Below, piece after piece: positions 26,503 to 35,245 of a stretch of 64,000 bases of DNA. Made by a program: the position numbers and the translations under genes. The notes beneath the pieces were generated by a model. That model searched no databases, was not told the origin of the DNA, and saw only the letters and a list, made by a program, of their open reading frames with translations. This stretch comes from a virus (taxonomy: Duplodnaviria > Caudoviricetes): positions 1,971 through 65,970 of IMG/VR virus record IMGVR_UViG_3300010376_000005; one strand, written 5' to 3'. The first letter of the stretch is position 1; every line of letters starts with the position of its first letter.

Positions 26503-27603
26503 ATGCGAACGCTCGGGATGTTCGACTACGTGATGCTCGGCGGGGGGGCGGTCGGCGCCGGCCTGATCCTCGCCTCGGCGATCCTGGCCACGGGCTGCGG
26601 GGCGCAGGCCAAGCCGGTGACCGGGACGTTCGCCATGGGGACAGGCGCGTCGGCGGGCACGCTGATCCTGGTGGACACGCCTAGCGCGATCCCGGCGGCG
26701 GTGAGGGCCTGTCCGGCGGCCAGCAGCCCCAACGTCCTGCCCAAGCCGTGCACCGTCCGGCTGAAGGAAGGGAACTGGACCTCGACCGATCTGCGCGGCA
26801 TGGCCCCGCCTGGGATGGTGACGGTGGATCTCAGCGGCTCGACTTTCCCCTTCTTCCGCCTCGGCCAGGACTCCAACCTGACCGTCAACGGCGGTCTGGT
26901 CGTCGGCGGCAACCAGTGGGGGCAGTGCTGGGCGGTCGACGGCGCAAGCAACGTGACGCTGCAGAACGGCAAGGCCGACGGCTGCATGCAGTCCGGCTAC
27001 CTGATGACCCGATCGCACGGGATCTCGTTCCTCAACCTGACGATCACCAACCCTGGCTGCGACGGCGTGCAGGTGGCCGGCGTCGACGGCTTCCTCGTCT
27101 CGGGCCTGCACTACTCAGGCTACGCCAACAGCACCAACACCTGCCACGCCGACGCCGTGCAGATGTGGGCGATGGAGGGCTACCCACTGCAGCACGGCAA
27201 GCTGCTCAACAACGTCGCCTCCTCGCTTGGACTCATCGTCGCCGATGGCCGCTCGTACGGCTCGCAGGGCTTCACCCTGTTCAACAACAACGGCCCAGGC
27301 GGGAGCGGGTATCCGATCGACGACATCGAGGTCAGCGGCAACATCGCCTACACCTATGGCGGCGTTTGCGTCGCGCTCTACCATGTCACCCACGCCGTTG
27401 CTGTCGACAACCAATGCATCAACCAGCAGCCAGAACCCTGGAAGGGCCGCTACGGCTTCCCAGGCTCAACGGGAAAGCTGGGGCCCAACTGGGTCGACGC
27501 CGTGGTGATCTACGGCGACGGGTGGAGCAACACGCGCAACGTGCCTGAAGGCATCCCGCACTACCAGGGCGGCGCTGACTTGCATCTGGAGCCGCTGCGG
27601 TGA
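26503..27603 (+). CDS. exported right-handed beta-helix (pectate-lyase-like) protein
   Basis: Hydrophobic N-terminus ending LATGC/AQA; repeats SNVTLQNG, ISFLNLTI, HADAVQMW, IEVSGN. Confidence 0.7.
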   Translation: MRTLGMFDYVMLGGGAVGAGLILASAILATGCGAQAKPVTGTFAMGTGASAGTLILVDTPSAIPAAVRACPAASSPNVLPKPCTVRLKEGNWTSTDLRGMAPPGMVTVDLSGSTFPFFRLGQDSNLTVNGGLVVGGNQWGQCWAVDGASNVTLQNGKADGCMQSGYLMTRSHGISFLNLTITNPGCDGVQVAGVDGFLVSGLHYSGYANSTNTCHADAVQMWAMEGYPLQHGKLLNNVASSLGLIVADGRSYGSQGFTLFNNNGPGGSGYPIDDIEVSGNIAYTYGGVCVALYHVTHAVAVDNQCINQQPEPWKGRYGFPGSTGKLGPNWVDAVVIYGDGWSNTRNVPEGIPHYQGGADLHLEPLR

Positions 27604-27977
27604 TCTGGAGGCGAATGAGCCTCCACCCTGTCGCCGACGCCGCCGCCTACGCATTTCCGGGCGCGATTCTTATCACGCTCGTGTTCGCGCCGCTGATCGC
27701 CATCTGGTGGTGGGGACGGATGAAGTGAGGCGTTTGTTACCTCCAACGCGCGGACGTAACAAAAAAGGCGCCCTGGCTTGTCCCCCGGCTGCAGGGCTAG
27801 TGGAACCGGGTGGGGCCAGGGCGTGAAGTGATCCAGTGCCCTCGGGATTGGTGAGGGCGGTCCTGATCTAGCAGAGTCGACGCGGGACGCAATCGCCTCG
27901 CTGGGGCCCCAAATTTCGTCGCTGGCGGCCGCGGCCGGGTGGGCCGCTATCATTGGGCGTCAAGCGCGGAAGGGGCG

Positions 27978-28232
27978 TCAGCGGGCAGTTTTGGGGCCTG
28001 GGCGCAGGGCGTCGATCGGGTTGGGTCCAGGCCCGCGCGTGCACATGGCCGGGACGCGCACTTGGATCGCCCCGCAGTTGAGACAGAACATGCCGTGGAC
28101 GCACGCCACGAGCGGCTTTCGCGCCGTGCAGGATCCACAGGTCATCTCGTGGACGTAGCCCGCAGTCTGCCACGCCGTAAGGCCCTCAATCTGCTCGGGG
28201 GTGAACGGGGCTTCGACGGTGTCGTTCGGCAT
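27978..28232 (-). CDS. small zinc-ribbon-like protein
   Basis: MPNDTVEAPF..TCGSC..CLNCG. Confidence 0.55.
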   Translation of the reverse strand: MPNDTVEAPFTPEQIEGLTAWQTAGYVHEMTCGSCTARKPLVACVHGMFCLNCGAIQVRVPAMCTRGPGPNPIDALRPGPKTAR

Positions 28233-28495
28233 GGCTGCCCCTCCCGCGGCGCTCGGCGTGGCGAGGTGTGTGCGGCCTCGCCATCGACCCGCCGTACACG
28301 CCCAGCCCAATTGGCGGGAGGGGCTCCTGATCCCTCGGCGCGGCTGCGGGGAGGCGGCCGGGTCGCAAGGATCAGGGAAAAGCGCCCTGGTGTGTCGCGC
28401 GTGTGGGAAGGTTCGTGGCCCACCAGGGCAAGGTAGGTCGTCGTGACCCGGCGTTGGAGAACCGGGCAAGTGGGACCTTACGCCTGACGACGTGC

Positions 28496-28699
28496 TCAGG
28501 CCAGCGTCGCGCGGCGGTGGGCCTGGACCTTGGCCAGTTCAGCGCCAGCCTCCGCCACCCGCTCGGCGAGGCGGTGCAGGGCGGCGGACAGCTCCGGGTT
28601 GCTCGCCTCGTGTTCGTCAGCCAGTTCGCTGAGGTGGCCGGCGGCGCTCTGCAGGCCGATCTGGATGAGGTCGAGACGGCCGTTGGTGGCGTCGGTCAT
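28496..28699 (-). CDS. hypothetical protein
   Basis: 67 aa, typical codon usage. Confidence 0.55.
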   Translation of the reverse strand: MTDATNGRLDLIQIGLQSAAGHLSELADEHEASNPELSAALHRLAERVAEAGAELAKVQAHRRATLA

Positions 28700-28955
28700 G
28701 TCGGGGCTCCGGGTTTAGGACCGTGGACGACGGTGAGGTCGTGCTCGACGACGCCCATTGCGGGATCGCCGCGCAGGTGGCTGGCGATGCGCTTGCGCCA
28801 GAAGTGACGGCGCTGATGAGGCCGACGTCGTTGGGATCCCCGCCTAGCTGGACAATGGCGTCTCTGGCCGTGTCGCGCTTGTCAGCGAGGTCTGTGTGAT
28901 CGAACAGCGGGTCCAGGGTGCGGACGAGGCGCGCAGCTTTGACGAGGGAGAACAT
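28696..28955 (-). pseudogene. possibly frameshifted small gene
   Basis: Frame with typical codon usage switches near 28815 (MFSLVKAAR.. then ..RRHFWRKRIASHLRGDP..). Confidence 0.3.
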
Positions 28956-29155
28956 CAGGAGGCGCTTTCGATGAGGGCCCAACCGGCCTCTGTGAGGGCG
29001 ACACGGCTGAAGTCGGAGTGGCCATGGCAGGGGATGAGGGTGACGAGGCCCTTGGCGTACAGCGCGCCGAGCTGTTCGCATTTGCACTCGCCAAGCGAAG
29101 ACGTGTCTTCCTTCGACAGCCAGTTGAGCAGGAAGGCTTCGGTCATGGTCATCAT
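28955..29155 (-). CDS. hypothetical protein
   Basis: MMTMTEAFLLNWL..ALTEAG. Confidence 0.5.
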   Translation of the reverse strand: MMTMTEAFLLNWLSKEDTSSLGECKCEQLGALYAKGLVTLIPCHGHSDFSRVALTEAGWALIESAS

Positions 29156-29484
29156 GGTCCGCCCTGGCGCTGCAGCTCCTCGATCGCCGCCGGGGTGAGG
29201 TCGCAGAGGATGGCGTGGGCGCCCCATTGGTTGACGATGAACGGGGGCGCGTTGGCGAGGGTGACGACGCCGGCTGCAATGAGCGCGTCGAGGACGCCCT
29301 CGTTCTCGCCCCAGGTCTTGATCCAGACTTGGTGGGGCTCGATCGGAGGGGCGTCGAGGTCTTCGAGGCTGACGGTGGCGCGGCAGACGGGTTCGTCCTC
29401 GTGGATCTCGATGGCCGTCGCGCCGTCGCTGTATTGGCCAAACCTGATGCGGCCGGCGTAGGGGGGCGTGGCGACGGTGATCAT
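29152..29484 (-). CDS. hypothetical protein
   Basis: ATVSL..P...VWIKTWGENEGVLDAL. Confidence 0.7.
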   Translation of the reverse strand: MITVATPPYAGRIRFGQYSDGATAIEIHEDEPVCRATVSLEDLDAPPIEPHQVWIKTWGENEGVLDALIAAGVVTLANAPPFIVNQWGAHAILCDLTPAAIEELQRQGGP

Positions 29485-29756
29485 TGCTTCGCCTCCGTGA
29501 TGGTTGCATCGGAGTCGACGACGCCAAACTCGCGCTTGGCCATCTCGATGATGAACTCGCCAGCGGCGTTGGCGTCCGCCTCCGTGGCGAAGTTGCCAAC
29601 GATGAGGACGACGTCCCAGCGGCCCATGACGGGGTTGTGGTGGATCTCCACGACGACGGGGTTGGCCTCGGGATTGGCCAGCGAGACCGCCACCCGGCTG
29701 GTGGGCTTGGGGTCGGCGATGCGGCCCTTGACCTTGCGGCGCTTGGCTTCACCCAT
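29481..29756 (-). CDS. hypothetical protein (MGEAKRR N-terminus)
   Basis: 91 aa, ATGA overlap. Confidence 0.6.
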   Translation of the reverse strand: MGEAKRRKVKGRIADPKPTSRVAVSLANPEANPVVVEIHHNPVMGRWDVVLIVGNFATEADANAAGEFIIEMAKREFGVVDSDATITEAKQ

Positions 29757-29870
29757 GGTGCGTCGCCCAGGCGATGACGGCGATGAGCGTCGCCAGGATG
29801 ATGGTCACGGCCAGCCAGACGATGGCGAGGCCAAGCCATTTGAGGCTGCGCTCCAGGGGCGTGGGCTCGC

Positions 29871-30584
29871 TCATGCCGCTTGTCCCATTTTGATGCGGCC
29901 AATGATGTCGGCGAGCAGGGTGAGGGCGCGCTCAGCCTCTGTCAGCAGTTGCTTGGCGGTGGGCGCGCGCATGTGGTCGACGACGGAGACGAGCTGCTTG
30001 CACAGTTGGAGGCGGTTGGCTTCGAGGTCGGGCGTCCACTCGCGGGCGATGGCGGCGCGGACGTTGAGGCGGTTGGCGGCTTCGGCGGCGATGGTGACGG
30101 CGACGTGGTCGCCAACGCAGACGCCGTGCTCGGGGGTGGCGTCGGGGAAGTTGGCGGGATCATCGCAGAAGCGCGGGTAGCCAAGGGCGGCGCCGAGGAG
30201 CTGACAGATCTCCTCGTTCTCGCGGGCGACGGCGGTGCGCAGGCGGGTGGCGTCATCGTCGGGCGGCGGCATCTGCGGGGCTGGGACATCAAGCGCCTTG
30301 GCGTTGATCGGCGTCAGGACGCGGACGAGGTTGGTGAATTCGTTGAGGAACAGGGTGCGGATGGTCAGCGTGGCGGCGTCGCTGCCGGGCTGGTGGAGGC
30401 CGGCCAGCCACATGGCGACAAGGTCGCCGAGGACCGCGGATTGGATGGACGGACCATGGTCGCGGAGGATGGGGCTGATCTGGGCGACGAGGGCCTCAGT
30501 GGTGTCGATGGCAAGCTTGTCCATGGTCATGCCGGGCTTGTCGGGATTGATTTCGTTGGGGAATTTTTCTGGTGGCTGGGTCAT
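29871..30584 (-). CDS. hypothetical protein
   Basis: Start MTQPPEKF; typical codon usage. Confidence 0.65.
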   Translation of the reverse strand: MTQPPEKFPNEINPDKPGMTMDKLAIDTTEALVAQISPILRDHGPSIQSAVLGDLVAMWLAGLHQPGSDAATLTIRTLFLNEFTNLVRVLTPINAKALDVPAPQMPPPDDDATRLRTAVARENEEICQLLGAALGYPRFCDDPANFPDATPEHGVCVGDHVAVTIAAEAANRLNVRAAIAREWTPDLEANRLQLCKQLVSVVDHMRAPTAKQLLTEAERALTLLADIIGRIKMGQAA

Positions 30585-30637
30585 GCTGAACCTGACGCGA
30601 TTTCGTAAGGGGTTGAAAAGGTTAGGCGCGGTGTTTT

Positions 30638-30946
30638 GGGGGGACACATGAGGGGACGCTCGGGGGACGCAGTTTCGAGTGTGTGCGTCCCCCATTAACT
30701 TATTATATTTCTTATTCTTTTCTTAGTAGGGGACAGAGGGGGACGCAGTTTGGAGATATTACGCGCTATGCGAGAGAAAAAAAGACACACCACATCAACG
30801 CGTGAATCACTACGCGCGTGGTGGCGCATATACACAAACTGCGTCCCCCTGCGTCCCCCACCCCAAAATCGCTTTTGGGTTCAACGATTTAGGGGGGGAC
30901 ACATCGAGTTTTTCTGCGTCCCCCCGTGCGTCCCCCTGCGTCCCCC
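30638..30946. repeat. iteron-like array; putative replication origin
   Basis: 12 copies of a GGGGAC core (mostly GGGGGACGCA/TGCGTCCCCC) in both orientations around an AT-rich tract (30694-30727). Confidence 0.7.
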
Positions 30947-31058
30947 ACTCGGAATTTCCCTTTTGCTTTCGCGGCTTAAGGGAAAATGGGTGGCATCAGG
31001 AAAAAGGACGGGTGAGCGATTGGGAACCTGAGTGCTCGGCGTGTCAAGCAGAGCCGCG

Positions 31059-31277
31059 TCAGTAATCACCAAGCAAGCTTATCTGTGAGACGTCGGACCA
31101 GGGGATCAGGCGAAAGGTTCCCCGCTCCCCGGCTTCAGTCTTCACTGGAGTGACAACAACACCGATCGCGTCGGCCGCCTGGATCTCACAGTTGAACAGA
31201 CCAGGATCACCGCGCCACCACAGGGCTGCGGGGATCGTGGAATGATCGTCCAGGATGGTGAGCAGGAACTTGAGCAT
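31059..31277 (-). CDS. hypothetical protein
   Basis: AGGAG SD; 72 aa. Confidence 0.5.
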   Translation of the reverse strand: MLKFLLTILDDHSTIPAALWWRGDPGLFNCEIQAADAIGVVVTPVKTEAGERGTFRLIPWSDVSQISLLGDY

Positions 31278-31288
31278 TGGGCTCTCCT

Positions 31289-31306
31289 GTTGACTTATAA
31301 GTCAAC
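31289..31306. promoter_or_regulatory. perfect 18-bp palindrome
   Basis: GTTGACTTATAAGTCAAC between divergent 31277 and terS. Confidence 0.55.
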
Positions 31307-31383
31307 GCTGTAAGGAGCGTTTGTAGAAGAGGTGGGGCGCCCGCTTTCGCTGATCGTCAAGCCGTTTTAGTGTCGCGCGCGAG

Positions 31384-31962
31384 ATGCCGCACGCCCCTCC
31401 CAGCCGGCGCCCCAAGCGCGTCGAGCCCGAGCAGATCAAGCACGACGTGCTGCAGGGTCTCGCGACCGGCTTACCGTTGACGGTCATCGCCCGGCGCAAC
31501 GGCATCAGTCAGGTGGCCATCAACAAGTGGGAGCGGCGCGACCCAGGCTTCGCTGAGGAGGTCGCAGCGGCCAGAGCGTTGGGCTGGGACAGCCTCGCGG
31601 TCGAGTGCTTGGACATCATCGACGACAAGAGCGACGACGTGCTGATCGATGCTGAGGGGATCCCGCGCGCCAACACCGCGGCGGTGCTGCGCGCCAAGGC
31701 GCGTGTCGAGACGAGGCTACGCCTGCTCGCGTGCTGGGATGTGGGCCGCTACGGGGCCCAGAAGACCGTCAAGGTCGAAGGGGAGATCGTGGCGACGCAG
31801 CGCCATGTGCTGGATCCGAGCCTGCTGGATGAGGCAGGACGAGCCGCGCTGAGGCATGTGCTCGCGCAGGCTGAAGCCCAGGGGCTGTTGCCAGCCCCTG
31901 AGCCTGAAGATGCAGAGTTTGAGGACGCCTCAGGCGCGGGCGAGGATGTTGCTGACGGTTGA
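31384..31962 (+). CDS. terS: terminase small subunit
   Basis: N-terminal [39 protein letters not shown] (Sf6-like pattern). Confidence 0.85.
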   Translation: MPHAPPSRRPKRVEPEQIKHDVLQGLATGLPLTVIARRNGISQVAINKWERRDPGFAEEVAAARALGWDSLAVECLDIIDDKSDDVLIDAEGIPRANTAAVLRAKARVETRLRLLACWDVGRYGAQKTVKVEGEIVATQRHVLDPSLLDEAGRAALRHVLAQAEAQGLLPAPEPEDAEFEDASGAGEDVADG

Positions 31963-32607
31963 CGGCCGCCAGTCGCCGCCGCGCGCCGTCTTTACGCCCC
32001 GCTCATTGAGCGCGTCAGCGATGCCCTGCAGCGTGATGACGCCCTTGGCGTTCAGCTCGCGGATGATCGGCAGCACGTTGGCCGCGAAGGCGTCAGCCTG
32101 GGCCTTCTGGGCGGCGTTGCCGAGCGCCTGGACCTGATCCAGCTTCTTGCTGCCCAGCACCTTGCCCTGGGCGATCTTGGCCTGCAGCGCGGCGCTGGTG
32201 CGCTCGCCGATCATCCGCCGCTCCTCTTGGGCCAACGAGGCATACACATGCAGCATGAAGTCAGGGACGTCGACGCCCAGCGACGCCACGATGAACGGCA
32301 CGCCTTGCGACATCAGGCCAGAGATGAAGGCGACGTCGCGCGACAAACGGTCAAGCTTGGCGACCACGACAGTGGCCTTGGCCTTGCGCGCCTGCTTCAT
32401 CGCCTGGGCCAGGATCGGCCGGCGTTCGAGCGCGTCGGCGCCCTTCCCGGTCTCGACCTCGACGTGCCACGCGATGACGGGCAGCCCCTCGCGCTCGGCG
32501 AAGGACTCGATGGCGGCGCGCTGGGCTTCGAGGCCCAGGCCAGACTTGCCTTGCCGGCCGGTGGAGACCCGCAGGTAGGCGACGAGGGCGGTGTGTTTCG
32601 TGCTCAT
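31930..32607 (-). CDS. small serine recombinase (resolvase/invertase family)
   Basis: YLRVSTGRQ catalytic motif, [19 protein letters not shown]-terminal [10 protein letters not shown]. Confidence 0.92.
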   Translation of the reverse strand: MSTKHTALVAYLRVSTGRQGKSGLGLEAQRAAIESFAEREGLPVIAWHVEVETGKGADALERRPILAQAMKQARKAKATVVVAKLDRLSRDVAFISGLMSQGVPFIVASLGVDVPDFMLHVYASLAQEERRMIGERTSAALQAKIAQGKVLGSKKLDQVQALGNAAQKAQADAFAANVLPIIRELNAKGVITLQGIADALNERGVKTARGGDWRPSTVSNILARA

Positions 32608-32611
32608 TTCG

Positions 32612-32637
32612 AAACCCTACACGACCGTCTAGGGTTT
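32612..32637. other. candidate serine-recombinase crossover site
   Basis: AAACCCTACACG-AC-CGTCTAGGGTTT: 12-bp arms (11/12 inverted match) around a 2-bp core, directly upstream of the recombinase. Confidence 0.6.
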
Positions 32638-33213
32638 GGAAACGCCTATCTTGATGTCCAGAATGTCGCACTTCGCCTCGCCGTCGGGACGCCGGCGGCC
32701 TTGACAGGTTGTCGCACCCTCGAGACACAACACCAATGAAATCAATGACGTAGCAGCGGCCTCGCCCCCCCCCGGTGGGGGACGCCCTGGGCAGTCCACC
32801 CCAACCTGGGTAGGTGGAGCATCCCCCCCCGGATATCGCCACATTTTCCCAAATTGGGGCCCCCTTTTCGGGTCCTCCCTGGGGCAAATTCGACCCCCTA
32901 TGCGCGGGCAGATCATGCCCGGCAAAACGGCCAAAAGGGATTTGCCTGCCCCCGCCTATTTCGGCCCATTTCGCCGCCTATTTAACGGCCGGCCGGCGAC
33001 GCATACCCCCCCTGCCCCTCGCCGGTCAGACCCTCCCGTCGTGACCTCCTGGCGGGAGGGTCGCCTGAACACCTCGTGAACGGTCCTGATTCGTTCCTCA
33101 GAGGTGCAGACGCTCGGCGATGATCAGGCCGAGGGTGACGCCGATCGTGCCGTAGGTCATGTTTCCTCCCCTGCGAGCGGCCATCTTGCCGCCCAGCCCG
33201 GCCAGTCGCAAAC

Positions 33214-33230
33214 TTGACGCCCAAGGTAAG
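33214..33230 (+). promoter_or_regulatory. TTGAC-N7-GTAAG motif copy at the terL start
   Basis: TTGAC GCCCAAG GTAAG, 8 nt before the ATG. Confidence 0.6.
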
Positions 33231-33238
33231 CGTCACCC

Positions 33239-34969
33239 ATGGCCCTGATCGACTTCAACGGCCTACTCATCGACCCCCAACAGCAGCGCGCGGCGTTCGA
33301 GCGCTACGACCTGGAGCAGGATCTCTACGCCTTCACCGCCGCCGCGTGGCCGCACATTGACCCTGCCCCGTTCCGCCCAGGCTGGCCAATCGAGGCGGTC
33401 TGCCAGCACCTGGAGGCAGTCGCCGACGGCGACATCCGCCGCCTGATCATCAACATCCCGCCCCGCAGCGGCAAATCCAGCCTCTGCAGCGTCTGCTTCC
33501 CCGCCTGGGTGTGGGCGCAGAAACAGACCAGCCCGACCAGCGGCCCCGGCGTGCAGTTCGTCTTCGCGTCGTACGCCGAGAAGCTCGCCCTGCGGTTCAG
33601 CCTCAGAAACCGCCGCCTGATCACCTCCGACTGGTACAGAAAGCGCTGGGGCGACAGGTTCACCCTGCACGCCGACGAAAACACAACCCACCGCTTCGTC
33701 AACGACAAGTCCGGCGAGCGGCTGGTCACCTCGATCTCAGGCACCGCCACCGGCTTTGGCGGCAATATCTTCGTCATCGACGACCCCAACGCGGCCAACG
33801 AGGCGTTCAGTGAAGCCGCGATCCAGGAGGTGATCGACTGGTGGGACCAGACCGCCAGCACGCGTCTCAACGATATTGACCTGGGCGCGTTCGTGATCAT
33901 CCAGCAGCGGCTGGCCGAGAACGACCTCACCGGCCACGTCCTGGAGCAGGCGATCGGCGAGTGGCAGCTCCTCATGCTGCCGATGCACTACGACCCCGAT
34001 CGCGTCGTCGTCACCAGCATCGGCTGGAAGGATCCGCGCACCCGCGAGGGCGAGCTGCTGTGGCCCGACCGCTTCCCCGACCACGCCGTGCGGCAGCTCG
34101 AACAGACGCTGGGCCCGTTCGGCGCCGCCGGTCAGCTTGAACAGAGCCCCAAGCCCAAGGGGGGCGGCGTCGTCAAATATGAGTGGTGGAACGCCTGGGA
34201 GCACGCCGCCTACCCGCCGATGGACTTCATCCTGGCGTCGCTCGACACCGCCTACACCGAGAAAACCGAGAACGACTACAGCGCGATGACCATCTGGGGC
34301 GTGTTCACCTACGACGTCCTGGCGGTCCCTGGCCGCGTCATCGGCTCCGACGGCCGCCCCTTGTACCTGGGCGATCGCAACTACGCCCAGGAGAGCCCCA
34401 GAGTGATGCTGATGCACGCGTGGCAGATCCGCCTCCCGCTGCACGAACTGGTGGTCAAGGTCGCCGACTCCTGTCGCCGAATGAAAGTGGACCTGCTCCT
34501 TATAGAGAATAAGGCGTCGGGCATCAGCGTCAGCCAGGAGATGCAGCGCCTCTACGGCCACGAGGACTGGGGCGTCGAGCTGAACGACCCCAAGAGCATC
34601 GACAAGCTCTCCCGCCTGCACTCCGTCGTCCCCCTGTTCGCCCCCGAGCTGCGCCAGAAGACCGACGCCCAGGGCCGACCGTTAAGGGACCAGCACGGCG
34701 AGCCGATCGTCATCTCCGCCCGCGGCGGTCTCGTCTACGCGCCCAGCGATCCTGGCATGCCGACCTTCCGCGTGTGGGCCGAGGCGTGCATCCGGCAGGT
34801 CGAGAGCTTCCCGCACGGGGCGCACGACGATTACGTCGACACCGTCTCCCAGGCCCTGCGCTGCCTGCGCGACAGGGGCCTGCTGAGCCTGCCGAGCGAG
34901 AGGCTTGCCGATCTTAACTTGACATCGCAGTATAGTGGCAGTCCGGCGCCGCTCTACCCGACCGTCTGA
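33239..34969 (+). CDS. terL: terminase large subunit
   Basis: NIPPRSGKS Walker A, IDDP Walker B, LDTAY..NDYSA and HDDYVD nuclease motifs. Confidence 0.95.
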   Translation: MALIDFNGLLIDPQQQRAAFERYDLEQDLYAFTAAAWPHIDPAPFRPGWPIEAVCQHLEAVADGDIRRLIINIPPRSGKSSLCSVCFPAWVWAQKQTSPTSGPGVQFVFASYAEKLALRFSLRNRRLITSDWYRKRWGDRFTLHADENTTHRFVNDKSGERLVTSISGTATGFGGNIFVIDDPNAANEAFSEAAIQEVIDWWDQTASTRLNDIDLGAFVIIQQRLAENDLTGHVLEQAIGEWQLLMLPMHYDPDRVVVTSIGWKDPRTREGELLWPDRFPDHAVRQLEQTLGPFGAAGQLEQSPKPKGGGVVKYEWWNAWEHAAYPPMDFILASLDTAYTEKTENDYSAMTIWGVFTYDVLAVPGRVIGSDGRPLYLGDRNYAQESPRVMLMHAWQIRLPLHELVVKVADSCRRMKVDLLLIENKASGISVSQEMQRLYGHEDWGVELNDPKSIDKLSRLHSVVPLFAPELRQKTDAQGRPLRDQHGEPIVISARGGLVYAPSDPGMPTFRVWAEACIRQVESFPHGAHDDYVDTVSQALRCLRDRGLLSLPSERLADLNLTSQYSGSPAPLYPTV

Positions 34970-35026
34970 GCATCCCCCCGCCAGACGCTCCGAGCAGCGG
35001 CGGCGCCGGGCGACAGAGGAGACGGC

Positions 35027-35245
35027 ATGGGGCCGCGGATTCTGGCGCAGGCGATATGTGATCCCGGCAACTTCAAGGTCGCCGACCGGGTCAACGACCA
35101 GCCGTTCCTCGTCCACGTCACAGGTCAGCTCGACGGCGGCGACGCCCTGCCCAAGCGCGATTACGAGATCGCCGCCCCCAGCGAGTGTGACGCCGCCCAG
35201 ACTGGCCTCAGCCGTTACATTGATGAGATGGTGAGGCTGAACTGA
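35027..35245 (+). CDS. hypothetical protein
   Basis: GGAG SD; TGATG coupling to the portal gene. Confidence 0.55.
   Translation: MGPRILAQAICDPGNFKVADRVNDQPFLVHVTGQLDGGDALPKRDYEIAAPSECDAAQTGLSRYIDEMVRLN

Noticed and set aside
27733-27763. Intrinsic terminator (TTTGTTAC..GTAACAAA)
   Set aside because: Inverted repeat is real but there is no U-tract 3' of the stem on either strand.
30638-30946. Possible CRISPR array
   Set aside because: Repeats are about 10 bp, in mixed orientation, with no regular spacers and no cas genes.
32700-32722. Eighth copy of the promoter/stem-loop element (TTGTCGCACCC)
   Set aside because: Only the upstream box matches; no promoter core or leader hairpin follows.
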